Part shown: positions 41,043 through 52,153 of the stretch, piece after piece | Layout: every line of letters begins with the position of its first letter | Position numbering within the stretch: the first letter of the stretch is position 1 | NCBI GenBank assembly: GCA_039630545.1 | Contig: JBCNUU010000001.1 | Location: forward strand, 160,001 to 224,000 | DNA: 64,000 bases | Reading direction: 5' to 3' | Source: Endomicrobiia bacterium | GTDB taxonomy: Bacteria > Elusimicrobiota > Endomicrobiia > DTEH01 | Notes under the pieces: model-generated | The model's input: the letters and a program-made list of their open reading frames with translations, nothing else | Told to the model about the DNA's origin: nothing | Databases searched by the model: none | Position numbers and translations under genes: made by a program

Positions 41043-42971
41043 ATGTGTGGTATTACAGGTATATATAGTTTCAACAATAAACAGGTAGAATTTACATTAT
41101 TAAAAAAAATGGCAGATGTTTTGCTCCATCGGGGTCCAGATGAAGAAGGCTTTTACATAAGTAAAAATTTTAATATTGATGAAAAAAAATCTATTCAGGT
41201 TGGCTTAGGAATAAAAAGACTAGCAATTATAGACCTTAAGACAGGTTCTCAGCCTATTCATAATGAAGAAAAAACTGTTTATGTCGTTTGCAATGGAGAA
41301 ATTTATAATTTTATTAATTTAAGAGAAGATTTACAGAAACAGGGACATGTTTTTTATACAAAATCGGATGTTGAAGTTTTAGTACATCTTTATGAAGAAG
41401 AAGGAATTGGGTTTCTATCAAAACTTCGTGGAATGTATGCTTTTGCAATTTGGGATGAAAAAAATAAAAAATTATATCTGGTGCGCGACAGAGTTGGTAA
41501 AAAACCCTTATATTATACACTTCATAATGGAGAACTAATTTTTGGTTCAGAGATTAAATCTATTCTTGTTTACTTAAATAAACAGCCTGAAATAAATTTT
41601 GAAGCGATAGATTTTTTTCTTACCTATCAATATATTCCACAACCCATTACAATTTTTAAAAACATCTACAAACTACCACCTGCTTCATATTTAGTAATTG
41701 ATAGTTCTGGCAGTTATGATATTAAAAAATATTGGCAACTTGATTTCAGAAAAAAAATTAAAATAAATTTTGAAGAAGCAAAACAAAAAATAAGAGATAT
41801 TTTAACAGAAGCTGTCAAACTTAGGTTAATAAGTGATGTGCCACTTGGTGCATTTCTTTCTGGTGGACATGACTCCAGTATTATAGTTGGACTTATGGCA
41901 GAGAGCTCTTCAACAAAAGTAAGAACATTTTCAGTAGGTTTCAAAGAACAGGATTTTTCTGAATTAAAATATGCAAGAATCGTAGCAAAACATTTTAATA
42001 CGGACCATACCGAGATTATAGTTGAACCTAAAATGGTTGAAATTTTACCTAAACTTGTATGGCATTACGACCAACCTTTCGCTGATACTTCTATGATACC
42101 TTCATATTATGTTGCTAATGTAGCAAGAAAACATGTAAAAGTAGCACTTAATGGCGATGGCGGAGATGAGAATTTTTGTGGTTACTTAAGATATCCTGCA
42201 ATAAAAATTTCTTCATTATTCCCATTTGAATTGGTCGGTAAAAATTTTTATGAAAAATTAGGAAACTTAATCCCGCTTGTAGAAACAATTTCTGCTACAC
42301 ATAAACTCAGATTTTTTAGACGGTTTTTTACTGCTTTAGGAAATCCTATTCCTGTAAGAAATGTATTGTGGCATTGTTTTTTTACTAACGAACTTAAAGA
42401 TTTTATTTACTCTGACTTTATGAAAAAAATAGTTAAAAATAATGTTTACAACTATCTTGTAAATACATTTTATTTAGCAAACGCATACGATACAATTGAC
42501 AGAATCTCTTACACAGACATTACCACATATTTGCCAGAGGATTTACTTGTAAAAATGGACATAGCCTCAATGGCCAACTCTCTTGAGGCACGTTCTCCAT
42601 TTTTAGATTATAAACTTTTAGAATTTACCGCATCTATTCCTTCAAGCTGGAAACTAAAGTTTGGATTTAAGACAAAATATATTCTTAAAGAAACATTTAA
42701 AAATTTTTTACCTAAGCAAATACTTAAACGGAGCAAAAAAGGTTTTGGATTGCCTGTTAGTGAATGGCTAAAATCATCTCTTAAGGATTATGTGAAAGAA
42801 ATTCTTTTATCTGAAAAGTTTAGAAATCGTAAGTTATTTAATTTCAGAAATATAAAATTTTTAATTGAACAGCATTTTCAAAATATACAAGATCACGGAA
42901 ATAGAATTTTTGCTTTAATTGTCTTAGAAATTTGGTTTCGTATTTTTGTTGAAAAAGAAGACATGTTATGA
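41043..42971 (+). CDS. asnB: Asparagine synthase-like glutamine amidotransferase (glycan amidation type)
   Basis: MCGITG N-terminal nucleophile, HRGPD, NGEIYN, FLSGG.DSS, LNGDGGDE, SLEARSPFLD. Confidence 0.93.
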   Translation: MCGITGIYSFNNKQVEFTLLKKMADVLLHRGPDEEGFYISKNFNIDEKKSIQVGLGIKRLAIIDLKTGSQPIHNEEKTVYVVCNGEIYNFINLREDLQKQGHVFYTKSDVEVLVHLYEEEGIGFLSKLRGMYAFAIWDEKNKKLYLVRDRVGKKPLYYTLHNGELIFGSEIKSILVYLNKQPEINFEAIDFFLTYQYIPQPITIFKNIYKLPPASYLVIDSSGSYDIKKYWQLDFRKKIKINFEEAKQKIRDILTEAVKLRLISDVPLGAFLSGGHDSSIIVGLMAESSSTKVRTFSVGFKEQDFSELKYARIVAKHFNTDHTEIIVEPKMVEILPKLVWHYDQPFADTSMIPSYYVANVARKHVKVALNGDGGDENFCGYLRYPAIKISSLFPFELVGKNFYEKLGNLIPLVETISATHKLRFFRRFFTALGNPIPVRNVLWHCFFTNELKDFIYSDFMKKIVKNNVYNYLVNTFYLANAYDTIDRISYTDITTYLPEDLLVKMDIASMANSLEARSPFLDYKLLEFTASIPSSWKLKFGFKTKYILKETFKNFLPKQILKRSKKGFGLPVSEWLKSSLKDYVKEILLSEKFRNRKLFNFRNIKFLIEQHFQNIQDHGNRIFALIVLEIWFRIFVEKEDML

Positions 42972-44140
42972 AACTATCATTAATGCAAAAAATTGATAAA
43001 ATATTAGGACCTCCTATTTGCACAGTTTTGACTATTTATGATAAAGTTTTATTATTATTAAAAATAAAAAGTCAAAAGAATAATTTCCAATTAGACAACT
43101 GCAGAATTTTAGTCTTAAAATTTTGGGGAATGGGTAGCATTATTCTGGCAATGTCAGTTATAAAGAAAGTTAAAGAACGACTTCCTAATTGTAAGATATA
43201 TTTTTTGACTTTACTTCGTAATAAAGAACTACTCGAAGGGTATAAACACATAATTGATGGATGTGTTTTTCTAGATATAGACAAAAGCTTCCTAAAATTT
43301 ATATATGACTTAATTAAAATTTTAATAACGATTCGAAAATTAAAGTTAAGTCTATTAATAGACTTAGAATTTTTTACAAGATTTTCTGCGATTATTTCAT
43401 ATCTAAGTGGTGTAAAAAATAAAGCAGGCTTTGCAGCATGGGAGGTTTGGAGGGGTTTTCTTCATACAACAACAGTTCCATTCAATAGATATTGGCATGT
43501 AAAGAAAAATTTTACAAATTTAATTTCTAAAGCGCTTAAAAAAGATATAGATTTTGATAGTAAGTTATACCCACCTTATTTTGAATTTGAATCTGAAAAT
43601 ATCAAAAAGTTTGATTTTCATAAATACATATCAATTAATCCAAATGCTGGAGAATTGGCATTAGAAAGAAGATGGCCATATGAAAACTTTATAAACCTAA
43701 CTAAAAAAATCCTTGATAACTGGGATGGATATGTTGTGTTTTTAGGTACCAAAATGGAAAAAAGATATGTTGAGAAGATTGTTTTGTCTTTAGATTCAAA
43801 AAGAGTAAAAAATTTAGCTGGAGAGTTGTCTTTTAAAGATTTGGTTTTAGTACTTAAAAACTCAATTTTGTTAATCACAAATGATAGTGGACCACTTCAT
43901 TTAGCAGTGGCGTTAGATGTTCCCACAATTTCATTTTTTGGGCCAGAGACTCCTGTTCTTTATGGCCCTTTAGAAAAAAAACACGTAGTGTTTTTCAAAG
44001 ATTTGGATTGTAGTCCGTGTATAAATGTTCACACTGGTAAAATAGTAAGATGTATTAAACCTTTACCAGAATGTATGACAAAAATTTCACCAGAAGAAGT
44101 ATGGAAGACTATAAAAGAAAAAATTTATGCAACAACATAG
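42968..44140 (+). CDS. Glycosyltransferase family 9 (heptosyltransferase-like)
   Basis: GMGSIIL, RRWP.ENF, LITNDSGPLHLAVAL, FFGPETP, CSPC. Confidence 0.88.
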   Translation: MKLSLMQKIDKILGPPICTVLTIYDKVLLLLKIKSQKNNFQLDNCRILVLKFWGMGSIILAMSVIKKVKERLPNCKIYFLTLLRNKELLEGYKHIIDGCVFLDIDKSFLKFIYDLIKILITIRKLKLSLLIDLEFFTRFSAIISYLSGVKNKAGFAAWEVWRGFLHTTTVPFNRYWHVKKNFTNLISKALKKDIDFDSKLYPPYFEFESENIKKFDFHKYISINPNAGELALERRWPYENFINLTKKILDNWDGYVVFLGTKMEKRYVEKIVLSLDSKRVKNLAGELSFKDLVLVLKNSILLITNDSGPLHLAVALDVPTISFFGPETPVLYGPLEKKHVVFFKDLDCSPCINVHTGKIVRCIKPLPECMTKISPEEVWKTIKEKIYATT

Positions 44141-44768
44141 TTTACCTTTGGACAAGTTGGTACCAGAATATAGACACAAAATTTGGTTTATAAGAAAATA
44201 TTTTTTAGATAGAATAAAAGTCTCTTTAAGAATTGCAGATATAAAAGACAAAGAAGTAATTCTAGATGTAGGATGTGGAGAAGCAGTTTTATTAAAAGAA
44301 ATTAATAAAATGAAAAAAAATATAGACTATTTTGGAGTGGATATTAATGAAAATATCAGATCTTTATCACTATATTACAGAGGTGAATTTAGAGTATGTA
44401 ATATACAAAATGGTTTACCATTTCAAAATGAATGTTTTGATGTAGTTTTTGCTTTAGATGTATTAGAACATATAAATAATATTGAAAAAGTTTTGAAAGA
44501 AGTTTTTAGAGTGTTAAAAAGCCAAGGTAGATTTGTAGTATGTGGACCTACTGAAAGTATGTGGTATAAATTTTGTAGATTTTTAATAAAAGGGACATTT
44601 TCTTCTAAACATGGACCTTCATCTGGAGAACATGTTTTTAGTATATATGATATTTTTAAAAAAATTGAAGAATTAGGTTTGTTCATTAAAAAGAAAACTC
44701 TACATTTGCCATCTTTTTTACCCAAGAATTTTGCTGGAGTTTTGATAACATTGTATGTTAAAAAATAA
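44127..44768 (+). CDS. Class I SAM-dependent methyltransferase
   Basis: ILDVGCGEA, LPFQNECFDVV, DVLEHI, RVLKSQG. Confidence 0.9.
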   Translation: MQQHSLPLDKLVPEYRHKIWFIRKYFLDRIKVSLRIADIKDKEVILDVGCGEAVLLKEINKMKKNIDYFGVDINENIRSLSLYYRGEFRVCNIQNGLPFQNECFDVVFALDVLEHINNIEKVLKEVFRVLKSQGRFVVCGPTESMWYKFCRFLIKGTFSSKHGPSSGEHVFSIYDIFKKIEELGLFIKKKTLHLPSFLPKNFAGVLITLYVKK

Positions 44769-45969
44769 AAAAAGATATTTTATTTTAATATTTCTTTTAT
44801 CGATGTGTGTTAGAATAGGATATTTATCTATTTCTAACTATCCAGATTATTCTTTGAGATTATATGATGCACCTTCTTGGGATGGAATTGCATGGAATTT
44901 GGTGTTGTCTAGAGGGTTTGTTGAACCTAACGATAAACCTACTTCCGTCCGTCCACCTATTTATCCTATATTCTTAGCTACCATCTATTATATTTTTGGC
45001 AGAAACTATTTCGTGATATATATTATTCAGAGTTTCATAAGTAGTCTTACCAATATGCTAATTTTTTTACTGTTTAATTATATCTTTAATACAAAAATAG
45101 CTTTCTTAACAGCTCTAATTACCAGTATATGGCCTGCCTTTGTGGTGTACAGTGGATTAATATGTTCTGAAACTTTATATGTTTTTTTATTTATACTTTT
45201 TCTGATTTTTTATTTTAAATCTTATGTTACTGACAACCTCAAGATGTATATATTGACTGGATGTATACTTGGAATTTTAAATTTGACTAGATCTACGATA
45301 TTTTTATATCCCATTTTTTTAATGTTTTTCTTTATGTTATTTAAATTAAATAAAAAAATTATTCTAAATAACTTAATTATGTTCTTGATAAGCTTAATAG
45401 TAATATCTCCCTGGACAGTAAGAAATTATCTTGTTTTTAAAAGATTTCTCTTGATAAACACAGCGGCAGCCGAATTGTTTTGGAGTGGTACTTATATCCC
45501 TTGGGATGGAATTTGTAGACACAACAGAGATGAGGATTTTTATAAACTTTTTAATTTAGAAAATCCAGTAGATAACGAAAGAAAGATGATAAAAGAAGGT
45601 ATAAAAAATATTATTTCAAATCCTTTAGGTTTTGTTATTTTAAGTGTAAAGAAATTTTATAGATTTTGGTTTAAACCTATAGGTTTTGAAATGTTGAGAA
45701 TTTTTGATTTCAAAATGTTCAGCTTTATAATTTTGTTTTTTCATGTTTTATTAGTTATAATTTGTTGGGTAGATATTTATTTAAATTTTTCTACAAAAAA
45801 AGAAAAATTTTTGCCGTGGCTGGTTTTATTTATATACTTTACAGTGATGCATAATATTTTAGCTCCAATTCCGAGATATAGGCTTCCATTGGAAGTAGTT
45901 ATGTTAGGTTTTAGCGTAAATGGTATACTTAGAATTTTCGGTTTGTATGAAGGAAAAAATAATAGATAG
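44755..45969 (+). CDS. GT-C fold membrane glycosyltransferase (ArnT/GT39-like)
   Basis: Acidic residue after TM1 (YDAPSWD), RPPIYPIFLA, SETLY, SPWTVRNY, RYRLP; multiple TM helices. Confidence 0.8.
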   Translation: MLKNKKRYFILIFLLSMCVRIGYLSISNYPDYSLRLYDAPSWDGIAWNLVLSRGFVEPNDKPTSVRPPIYPIFLATIYYIFGRNYFVIYIIQSFISSLTNMLIFLLFNYIFNTKIAFLTALITSIWPAFVVYSGLICSETLYVFLFILFLIFYFKSYVTDNLKMYILTGCILGILNLTRSTIFLYPIFLMFFFMLFKLNKKIILNNLIMFLISLIVISPWTVRNYLVFKRFLLINTAAAELFWSGTYIPWDGICRHNRDEDFYKLFNLENPVDNERKMIKEGIKNIISNPLGFVILSVKKFYRFWFKPIGFEMLRIFDFKMFSFIILFFHVLLVIICWVDIYLNFSTKKEKFLPWLVLFIYFTVMHNILAPIPRYRLPLEVVMLGFSVNGILRIFGLYEGKNNR

Positions 45970-47590
45970 ACTGACTTTTTTAGTTGTGATTAGTGCTTTT
46001 TTGTTAAGAATTTGGAATATAAATTGGGGCTTACCATATATTTATAACACAGATGAGTATAAATTAGTAAATTATACTCTTAAAATGGGTGCTACTAGAA
46101 GTTTAAATCCTAAATTTTTTATTTATCCAAGTTTTTATCTTTACTTTATGCTTTTTGTATATTTTATAATATTTATTGTAGGGAAAATTCTTGGTTATTA
46201 TGCAAGTTCTATAGATTTTGGAATTAAGTTTTTAAAAGACCCATCAGTTATATATATTGCAACAAGAAGTTTTTCTGCGTTTTTTGGTTTTTTAGTAGTT
46301 TTATTTAGTTATATTTTGGCTAAAAAAATGTATGACAAAAAAATAGGAATTTTAACTGCTTTACAACTTACTTTTTTACCCAGTTTTGTAGAATATTCAC
46401 ATTACGCAAAAATTGAAATGTTTTCAACATTTTTAGTTGTAATTTTTGTTTATTTTCTTTATGAATATTTTATTCGTAATGAGATAAAATATCTCTATTT
46501 AAGTTGTTTATTTTTAGGATTAGCAATTTCATCAAGATATCTTCCTGCGGTGTGTATACCTGCAGTAATTTTTGTAATTTTTAAAAAGAAATTAAAGTTA
46601 AAATATTATGTTTTTTGTATTTTGATTATAATTTGTGCTTTTTTAATTGGTACACCGTTCGCTTTACTTGACTATAAAACTTTTTTTAAAGATGTCTTTT
46701 ATGGACATGCTATTGGAAATGAAGTTAAACGAAATTTTATGTATTCGTTATATTTAACTGTTGTTAAAAACTATCTTTTTTTAGGAAGTGAAACATTTAT
46801 ATTAGGCTTGTTAGGAATAAGTGGTGTTGTGTATTATATTCTGTTTAAGTCATCTTTTAAAGAAAAACTTTTATTAATAATTTTTTTTGGTTATTTTTTA
46901 ATAAGTGCTTTTCACTATCATACAGAATGGCATTATGTAGCAGGATCATATCCATTTTTGTGTATTTTAGCCTCAGTATTTGTAGAGAATTTTAGGAAAT
47001 ATAAATTTAGCCATAAACTTATTTTTGCTATTTATACTATTTTGTTGTTTATTGCAGCAATAGAATCTATCAAATTTGGCTTATCATTAGGTATTAAAGA
47101 TACACGTACTGAAGCTAAAGAGTGGATTGAAAACAACATACCATATGGAAGCAAAATTTTGATAGATATGCATACTTATTCACCTCAGATAAAAATGACA
47201 AAGTCACAACTTGAACTGCTTTACAAAAAAGCTGTTGAGTTAAATCATTATAAAAAAGAATATCTTTATTATCAAATTTTGGCACATCCCGGAGGAAATT
47301 ATGGATATGAAATTTATCAAGTATGGCGTCCTTTTCATGAAGTTTCCACGATAAAGCATGAAGTAGAAGAAGCACAAAAAATGCAGAGGCTTATTGACGT
47401 AAAAAAGGGATTAGATTATGTAAAAAGTTTAGGAATTCAGTATGTTATTATAAACAGCATAAACTATTCTGGATACCCACTTACTTTCTATAAAGAAGTT
47501 GAACAAAAAGGCTTACTTCTTAAAAAGTTTGTGCCTAAAAATAAATTTCAGCCTGGACCTACTATAAAAATTTATAAGATTCAATGGTAA
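45947..47590 (+). CDS. GT-C fold membrane glycosyltransferase (ArnT/GT39-like)
   Basis: WGLPYIYNTDE, LNPKFFIYPS, GTPF, KDTRTEAKEWIENNIP, PGPTIKIYK. ATG 45947 preferred as start. Confidence 0.82.
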   Translation: MKEKIIDRLTFLVVISAFLLRIWNINWGLPYIYNTDEYKLVNYTLKMGATRSLNPKFFIYPSFYLYFMLFVYFIIFIVGKILGYYASSIDFGIKFLKDPSVIYIATRSFSAFFGFLVVLFSYILAKKMYDKKIGILTALQLTFLPSFVEYSHYAKIEMFSTFLVVIFVYFLYEYFIRNEIKYLYLSCLFLGLAISSRYLPAVCIPAVIFVIFKKKLKLKYYVFCILIIICAFLIGTPFALLDYKTFFKDVFYGHAIGNEVKRNFMYSLYLTVVKNYLFLGSETFILGLLGISGVVYYILFKSSFKEKLLLIIFFGYFLISAFHYHTEWHYVAGSYPFLCILASVFVENFRKYKFSHKLIFAIYTILLFIAAIESIKFGLSLGIKDTRTEAKEWIENNIPYGSKILIDMHTYSPQIKMTKSQLELLYKKAVELNHYKKEYLYYQILAHPGGNYGYEIYQVWRPFHEVSTIKHEVEEAQKMQRLIDVKKGLDYVKSLGIQYVIINSINYSGYPLTFYKEVEQKGLLLKKFVPKNKFQPGPTIKIYKIQW

Positions 47591-49119
47591 AAAGAAAAAC
47601 AAAAATTGTATTTATAGTATATTTATGCATTTATCTATGTTGGCATTCGTTTTATTTAAGCAAATATCCTTTACCTAATACTGATGATGTGTGGTTAACA
47701 GAACCTGTTTGGAGACTATTTACATTTAAAAAATTTTCTTCTGTAATTTTTGGAAATGTTTATGATTTAGATAAAACAGATACATATCATGGTAGGCTTT
47801 ATAGTATTTTTCACTTTCCAATTTTATTATTTGGACTTGGAATATATCAAGCGAGATTATCTTCTTTGATAGCTGGTTTGATTGTTTTATACTTGACATT
47901 TCTTATTAGTAAAAAACTTTTTAATTTTAATATTGGAATACTTTCAACTTATTTTCTTTCTTTAACTTATTTATTTATCAATCTGACTCATAGAGTGCGT
48001 CAAGAAATGGCGCTGGTAAGTTTTTTGTTATTGTCGTTTTATTTTTTTAATCTTTCAATAAATACTATCTCCAAAAACAAAAAGAAAGTGTTAATTCTTA
48101 TATCTGGACTTTTTTCTTCATTATCAATTGATATTCATTTAAATGGAATTATAGTTGTTTTTACTATAACTTTGTTAGTTTTTTTAGAATTTTTTAAAAA
48201 AGTTAAGACGATAGAAATAGATGAAATAGTTTGGTTTGTTTTTGGTATTTTTTTAGGAATATTTTGGTGGATATATTCTCATGTTTTTATTAATTCTGAA
48301 GCGTTTTTTTGCCAACTTTATTGTATAGTACTTTCAAAACAGTTTATGCCAGGTTTATTAAAACTAACCTCAATATATGAGTTATTTAAAAAACTTTTTT
48401 ATGATTACTTTTATCAGTATTGGATAATGACAGGATTATATAGGGGAGTTTTAGAATATTTGTTAATTGTAGGATTAGTAATTTATTCCTTTTTTGTTAC
48501 ACAAAACAAAACATCAAAGTATATTGCTTGGATTATTACTATAATCTATTTTCTTCTTCCTTTATTTTCACGTGTTTCGCTAGACTACTGTTTCATATTT
48601 TATCCGTTTGTAGGCATGTTGTTTGGGTGTGTAGTGGCTAATTTATGGAGAAAACAAAAGTTTTTTGCAAAAACTTTGTTAATTGGTTTTGCAGTATTTT
48701 CTTTTTGTTTCAACATATTGCCTATTAGTGTTAGATACTTTAAAGTTAATTTTAATAATTATGCAAAAAGAGTGTGTAGTTTTCTCCCTGCCAATGCAAA
48801 AGTTTTTAGTGACCTTCCTATTTGGTTTTGCCGTACAGATATACAGTATTATCTTCATCATGGCTACTATTTTTACAGAAATAATAAGAATAAAAGTTTA
48901 AAAAATTTTTTTAATGAAAATCAAATAGAATATTTAGTGCTTTCTGAAGAAGACTTTAAGGGTAATTTAAATGAGTATCTTATTTATCAAAAAGATTTTT
49001 CAGAATTAAAATTAGAACTTATTGGTAAAGTAGAAGATAGATTTTTTGGCGGCAATTTTTCATATTGTGGTCTACATAAATTTCATACAACAGGAATATT
49101 TAAAGTAAGAAATGAGTGA
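47584..49119 (+). CDS. GT-C fold membrane glycosyltransferase (ArnT/GT39-like)
   Basis: PNTDDVW after TM1, ARLSSL, RVRQE; multiple TM helices and a soluble C-terminal domain. Confidence 0.75.
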   Translation: MVKRKTKIVFIVYLCIYLCWHSFYLSKYPLPNTDDVWLTEPVWRLFTFKKFSSVIFGNVYDLDKTDTYHGRLYSIFHFPILLFGLGIYQARLSSLIAGLIVLYLTFLISKKLFNFNIGILSTYFLSLTYLFINLTHRVRQEMALVSFLLLSFYFFNLSINTISKNKKKVLILISGLFSSLSIDIHLNGIIVVFTITLLVFLEFFKKVKTIEIDEIVWFVFGIFLGIFWWIYSHVFINSEAFFCQLYCIVLSKQFMPGLLKLTSIYELFKKLFYDYFYQYWIMTGLYRGVLEYLLIVGLVIYSFFVTQNKTSKYIAWIITIIYFLLPLFSRVSLDYCFIFYPFVGMLFGCVVANLWRKQKFFAKTLLIGFAVFSFCFNILPISVRYFKVNFNNYAKRVCSFLPANAKVFSDLPIWFCRTDIQYYLHHGYYFYRNNKNKSLKNFFNENQIEYLVLSEEDFKGNLNEYLIYQKDFSELKLELIGKVEDRFFGGNFSYCGLHKFHTTGIFKVRNE

Positions 49120-49864
49120 TAAAGTTATATCGATAATAATACCTGTAAGAAACGAAGAAGATACAATAATTAATGTATTATCTTTGTTGATTTCAAAATT
49201 AGAAAAAGAAAATGTAAATTTTGAAATTATAGTTGTTAATGACTACAGTACGGATAGCACAAGAAAATTAATAGAAAGTTTTATTGAAAAAAATAGAAAG
49301 GTTAAATTGATAGACAACAAATTTCAGGCTGGATTTGGACATGCTATAAAATATGGTTTAGAAAACTTTAGTGGTGATTATGTAGTAATTTATATGGGGG
49401 ATGGATCTGATGATCCTGAAGATGTTGTGAAATATTATTATAAACTTCAAGAGGGCTACGATTGCGTGTTTGGTTCAAGATTTATTAAAGGAGCAAAGAT
49501 TAGTGGTTATCCTTTTGTAAAACTAATTTTTAACCGTTTAGGAAATTGGTTTATCAAATTTTTGTTTGGTATAAAATATAATGATGTTTCAAATGCGTTT
49601 AAAGCATATAGGCGAGAAGTAATAGAAAATATAAAACCACTTATTTCAAACTATTTTAACATTACAGTTGAAATTCCACTTAAGGCAATAGTTCGAGGAT
49701 ATAAATATACTGTAATACCTATTAAATGGTATGGAAGAACAAGTGGTGTGTCTAAATATAAACTTAAAGAATTACAGAAAAAATACTTGTTTTCTGTATT
49801 ATATGTATGGTTAGAAAAGGTTTTACTAAAAGAAGAATTAGATAGGAATGTCATTACAAAATAA
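49112..49864 (+). CDS. GT2 polyprenol-phosphate glycosyltransferase (Dpm1/GtrB-like)
   Basis: ISIIIPVRNE, VVNDYSTD, GFGHAI, MGDGSDDP, VFGSRF, DVSNAFKAYR, R.SG.SK. Confidence 0.88.
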   Translation: MSDKVISIIIPVRNEEDTIINVLSLLISKLEKENVNFEIIVVNDYSTDSTRKLIESFIEKNRKVKLIDNKFQAGFGHAIKYGLENFSGDYVVIYMGDGSDDPEDVVKYYYKLQEGYDCVFGSRFIKGAKISGYPFVKLIFNRLGNWFIKFLFGIKYNDVSNAFKAYRREVIENIKPLISNYFNITVEIPLKAIVRGYKYTVIPIKWYGRTSGVSKYKLKELQKKYLFSVLYVWLEKVLLKEELDRNVITK

Positions 49865-50576
49865 AAATTTAGAAAAAATTTTTTTTGATAAATTTGGAGA
49901 ATCTGGTTACGAAGTATTCAAAACAGAAAGTTATATTAGATTTTTAAGATTTCTAAAAAATCTTGTTGTTCCACTAGAAGGTCAAAAATGCTTAGAGATA
50001 GGTTGTGGTAGTGGTGCTTTTACAAGATTTATTAAAAGTTTAAAGTTAGATATAACAGCATTAGATATCTCCTCTGAATGTATAAAATATGCTAAGCTAC
50101 ATATTCCAGAAGTTAATTTTCAGATCGGTGATATAGAAAATTTACATTTTAAAGATAACACATTTGACATCGTTATAAGTGGCGCAGTTATTCATCATTT
50201 TGCTAATGATCTTTATAAAGTATTTACACAAATCTATAGAGTTTTAAAAGTCAATGGCAAATTCTTTGCCTACGAACCAAATAGGAGAAATCCAATAATG
50301 TATTTATACAGAGATCCCTCTTCACCATTTTATTCACCAGTAGGTGTTACAAAAAATGAACGTCCATTAGATAAAAGTGAGTTAAAGAAGGCTTTGTATA
50401 AAGTAGGATTTTCAGAAGTTAAAATTTTTGCTACATCTGGTGTGTGTTATAAATATGTTGAAAGTAAATTTGCGTTAAAACTTTTACCATTATATAATTT
50501 GTGGGAAAAATTTTTAGGTATTACTCCTTTTGCAAAGGAATATGGTTCGTTTTTGATTATTTTTGCAATAAAATAA
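49848..50576 (+). CDS. Class I SAM-dependent methyltransferase
   Basis: LEIGCGSG, LDIS, GDIENLHFKDNTFD, IHHF, RVLK..G, EPN. Confidence 0.9.
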   Translation: MSLQNKNLEKIFFDKFGESGYEVFKTESYIRFLRFLKNLVVPLEGQKCLEIGCGSGAFTRFIKSLKLDITALDISSECIKYAKLHIPEVNFQIGDIENLHFKDNTFDIVISGAVIHHFANDLYKVFTQIYRVLKVNGKFFAYEPNRRNPIMYLYRDPSSPFYSPVGVTKNERPLDKSELKKALYKVGFSEVKIFATSGVCYKYVESKFALKLLPLYNLWEKFLGITPFAKEYGSFLIIFAIK

Positions 50577-50579
50577 GAT

Positions 50580-52153
50580 ATGAAAAAATATACTTTTATA
50601 GTGGTTATTATATTTTATGCTATATTTACATTGTTAGAATTTAAATTTCAGCCAGTTCCTGCTTATTGTGATGGCTACTGGTATATAAAGGTTGCACAAA
50701 ATATTGCAAATGGTAAAGGAATGGTTGAAGATATTGTTTTGTATCATTTTCCGCGGATAGAAAAAATGAAAAAATTTCCACATCCAATCGGTAATTACTG
50801 GAATCCATTAAATTCTATTATTCTTGCCGGATTTTACAAAATTTTTGGTATTACAAATTATACTTCAAGATTAGCTGCGTTTATAATTGATTTAATTGTT
50901 GTTTTGACAATTTTTTTTATTGCTAAAAAATTATTTTCTGATGACTTATTTATAGCTATTTTTTCATCCTTAATTTATATTGTGCATTATTATTCACTAA
51001 CTTTAAGAGCTTTTTCGGGATTACCAGAAACTTATACTACTTTGTTTTTAGTTCCAGCATTGTATTTTTTATATCTTTCGTTAACAAAAAGATGGGATTA
51101 TGTTATTCTATCTTCTTTATTTGGTGGTCTTTCATATTTATCCAGAAATGAGTCCGGAATTTATGTAATTTTATTATTAGTGTTATTTATATTAAGAAAA
51201 AAATATAAAGAAAATTTTAGGTGGTTTTTAACTGGTATTTTGATATTTTTGATTACAGTAAGTTGGTGGGAGATAAGAAATTTTGTTATTTTTGGCAAAT
51301 ATACAGGTGAAATGAAGAAAAATTTGTTGTTATGTAACGAATTTTTTGACTATATGTGTTTTAATAAGCAATGGACAATAAAAGAATGGTTATCAGATGG
51401 AATAATGAATGTTGTTATAAGAAAGTTTGCTTCTTTGCATTACAAGATAGATTCTTTTATTTCAATTGTTCATTGGATAGTTGGTACATTTTTGTTCTAT
51501 CCTTTATAAAATACAAAAATCATTTACTGCTTAAAATTGTAGCATTATATTTAGTTTTAACATATTTATCAGTTGGAATTTTATTTTCTTTTATGCAACG
51601 AGGTGGATGGCATGCACCATCCAATCTTTTACCATTAATTATTTTATTTGCAGTAGCAGGGATTAAAGATTTCATTTCTTATATAGGAGTTTCAAAAAAA
51701 TGGTTGTATTTTTTGGCTATTTTTGTTTTCATTTATTTTGTTGGAGGGAATGTTAAAAGATATAAGGATATCATTGTTGCTAATAGCGTGGATTTATATA
51801 AACAGGTAGCTGCTGACATTGTGGAATATTTTTCTTCACAGAAAATTAGTTCTCCTAAAATAATGGTTAATGACTCACCGATTATATGGTATTATACTAA
51901 CTATAACCTAATACAAATACCATTTGATAAAGATATTGATTCCCTAAAAAAAGCTATTAGATATTATGAACCTAATTATCTAATACTTACGGGATACTAT
52001 CCTGTATCAACTCGCCGAATTTATATGGGCGAGGAGACAGATGAAAGTTTATTGCTGGTTTACTCTAAAAAGTATCCGTTTCAGATACCTGTAACTGATG
52101 GCAATGGTGGTTATGAATTAAAAATTTACAAAATTCTATATGATAAGTTATGA
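50580..52153 (+). pseudogene. GT-C fold membrane glycosyltransferase split by a single-base frameshift (ORFs 50580-51509 and 51371-52153)
   Basis: AYCDGYWY..VAQNIA.G.G, YWNPL, SRNE, WEIRNF. Adding one T to the T5 run at 51489-51493 gives a continuous GTFFVLSFIKYKN reading. Confidence 0.75.
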